From NCBI RefSeq assembly GCF_006345805.1, contig NC_043018.1:5704001-5768000 (forward strand): DNA of 64,000 bases, given 5' to 3'. The notes beneath the pieces were generated by a model. That model saw nothing but the letters and a program-made list of their open reading frames with translations. It was not told the DNA's origin and made no database searches. Positions within the stretch are counted from its first letter, which is position 1. Each line of letters opens with the position of its first letter. Of this stretch, positions 63,381 to 64,000 are shown one piece after another. The position numbers were made by a program, and so were the translations under genes. The DNA is from Octopus sinensis (taxonomy: Eukaryota).

Positions 63381-63390
<10 letters not shown>
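63200..63390. repeat. Fold-back palindrome, ~90-bp arms, flanked by (TA)n
   Basis: aattagagatcaaaccactattagg..aattaataaa / tttattaatt..cctaatagtggttttatctctaatt. Confidence 0.9.
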
Positions 63391-63415
<25 letters not shown>

Positions 63416-63744
63416 CAATGTAAATGCTGTCATAAGAATTTCTAAACTCTCGTGAGAAGGTAAAATAATTTTTTGGGAAGAACGGATCTCACAGAAGATG
63501 AAGCTATAAATAAGGGCATGTATATATTAGGTTGAACAACCCCTTTGGATAAAAAAAAAGTCAAAAGGGGCTCCTGGCTCACAAACCCACCATGGCTACA
63601 AGAGATAATGATTCATGTTCCACAGGAAGCCTTCGACTATTTCTATACTAAAGATGTTTTTCAACCTAATATTTATATGCTGTTATTTATAGCTGTATGT
63701 GCTTTGAGATCCACTATCAACCACCCCAAATTATACATACATAC

Positions 63745-64000
63745 ATGCATGCATTCATACATACATACATGATGGCCATCCACTTGTGACTGAGGAAGAC
63801 CATTGCTGACCTTCAGGAACATTGTGCGCTCTAGGACTAACTTATATTTTGCATTTGCGGCTCCGTTGGTGGCTAATGAACCCTGCTCTTGACAAGCATA
63901 CACGACTGCAAACATTGCAGACCAAGCTTTCCCCATTCACTATACGAGCCGTGCGCTTTCGCGCAACTCGCTTAAGTTCTTCATGCTGGATACGTTCTCT
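63745..64000 (-). mobile_element. RTE-BovB-like LINE 3' end with C-terminal zinc knuckle and (ATGT)n tail
   Basis: ERIQHEELKRVARKR..LVCNVCSRVCLSRAGFISHQR, then a short UTR and atgtatgtatg. Confidence 0.75.

Overview
Repeat-dense, AT-rich animal genomic DNA, most likely an octopus/coleoid cephalopod (inferred from the character of the SINE, RTE and microsatellite content, not from a database match). One host gene is well supported: four minus-strand coding exons of a heparanase (GH79, HPSE1-like; 62852-63052, 58567-58681, 57143-57258, 54181-54324). They have canonical splice sites, join in frame, and include the WLGETSSAYGGG nucleophile motif. The 5' exons lie beyond the right edge, and I could not find the terminal exon; a 100-N gap lies just downstream. 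A possible signal-peptide exon of a second minus-strand gene sits at 11405-11533. The rest is mobile DNA and low-complexity sequence: three tRNA-derived SINE families, many RTE LINE fragments of several lineages, a shattered HERO-type RLE retrotransposon, Penelope-like relics (a GIY-YIG fragment and two candidate type I hammerhead ribozymes), a head-to-tail Helitron pair, mariner/hAT/piggyBac-like and other MITEs, several long fold-back palindromes, and a 6.5-kb AT microsatellite field. Almost all ORFs in the supplied track are artefacts of these repeats. The most unusual structure is a young RTE-tailed element present at both ends of the window in opposite orientation. It has a C-rich head, a 156-bp module (9 copies vs 1), and in each case an unrelated tandem array joined to the head at the same TCTTCGCG motif.
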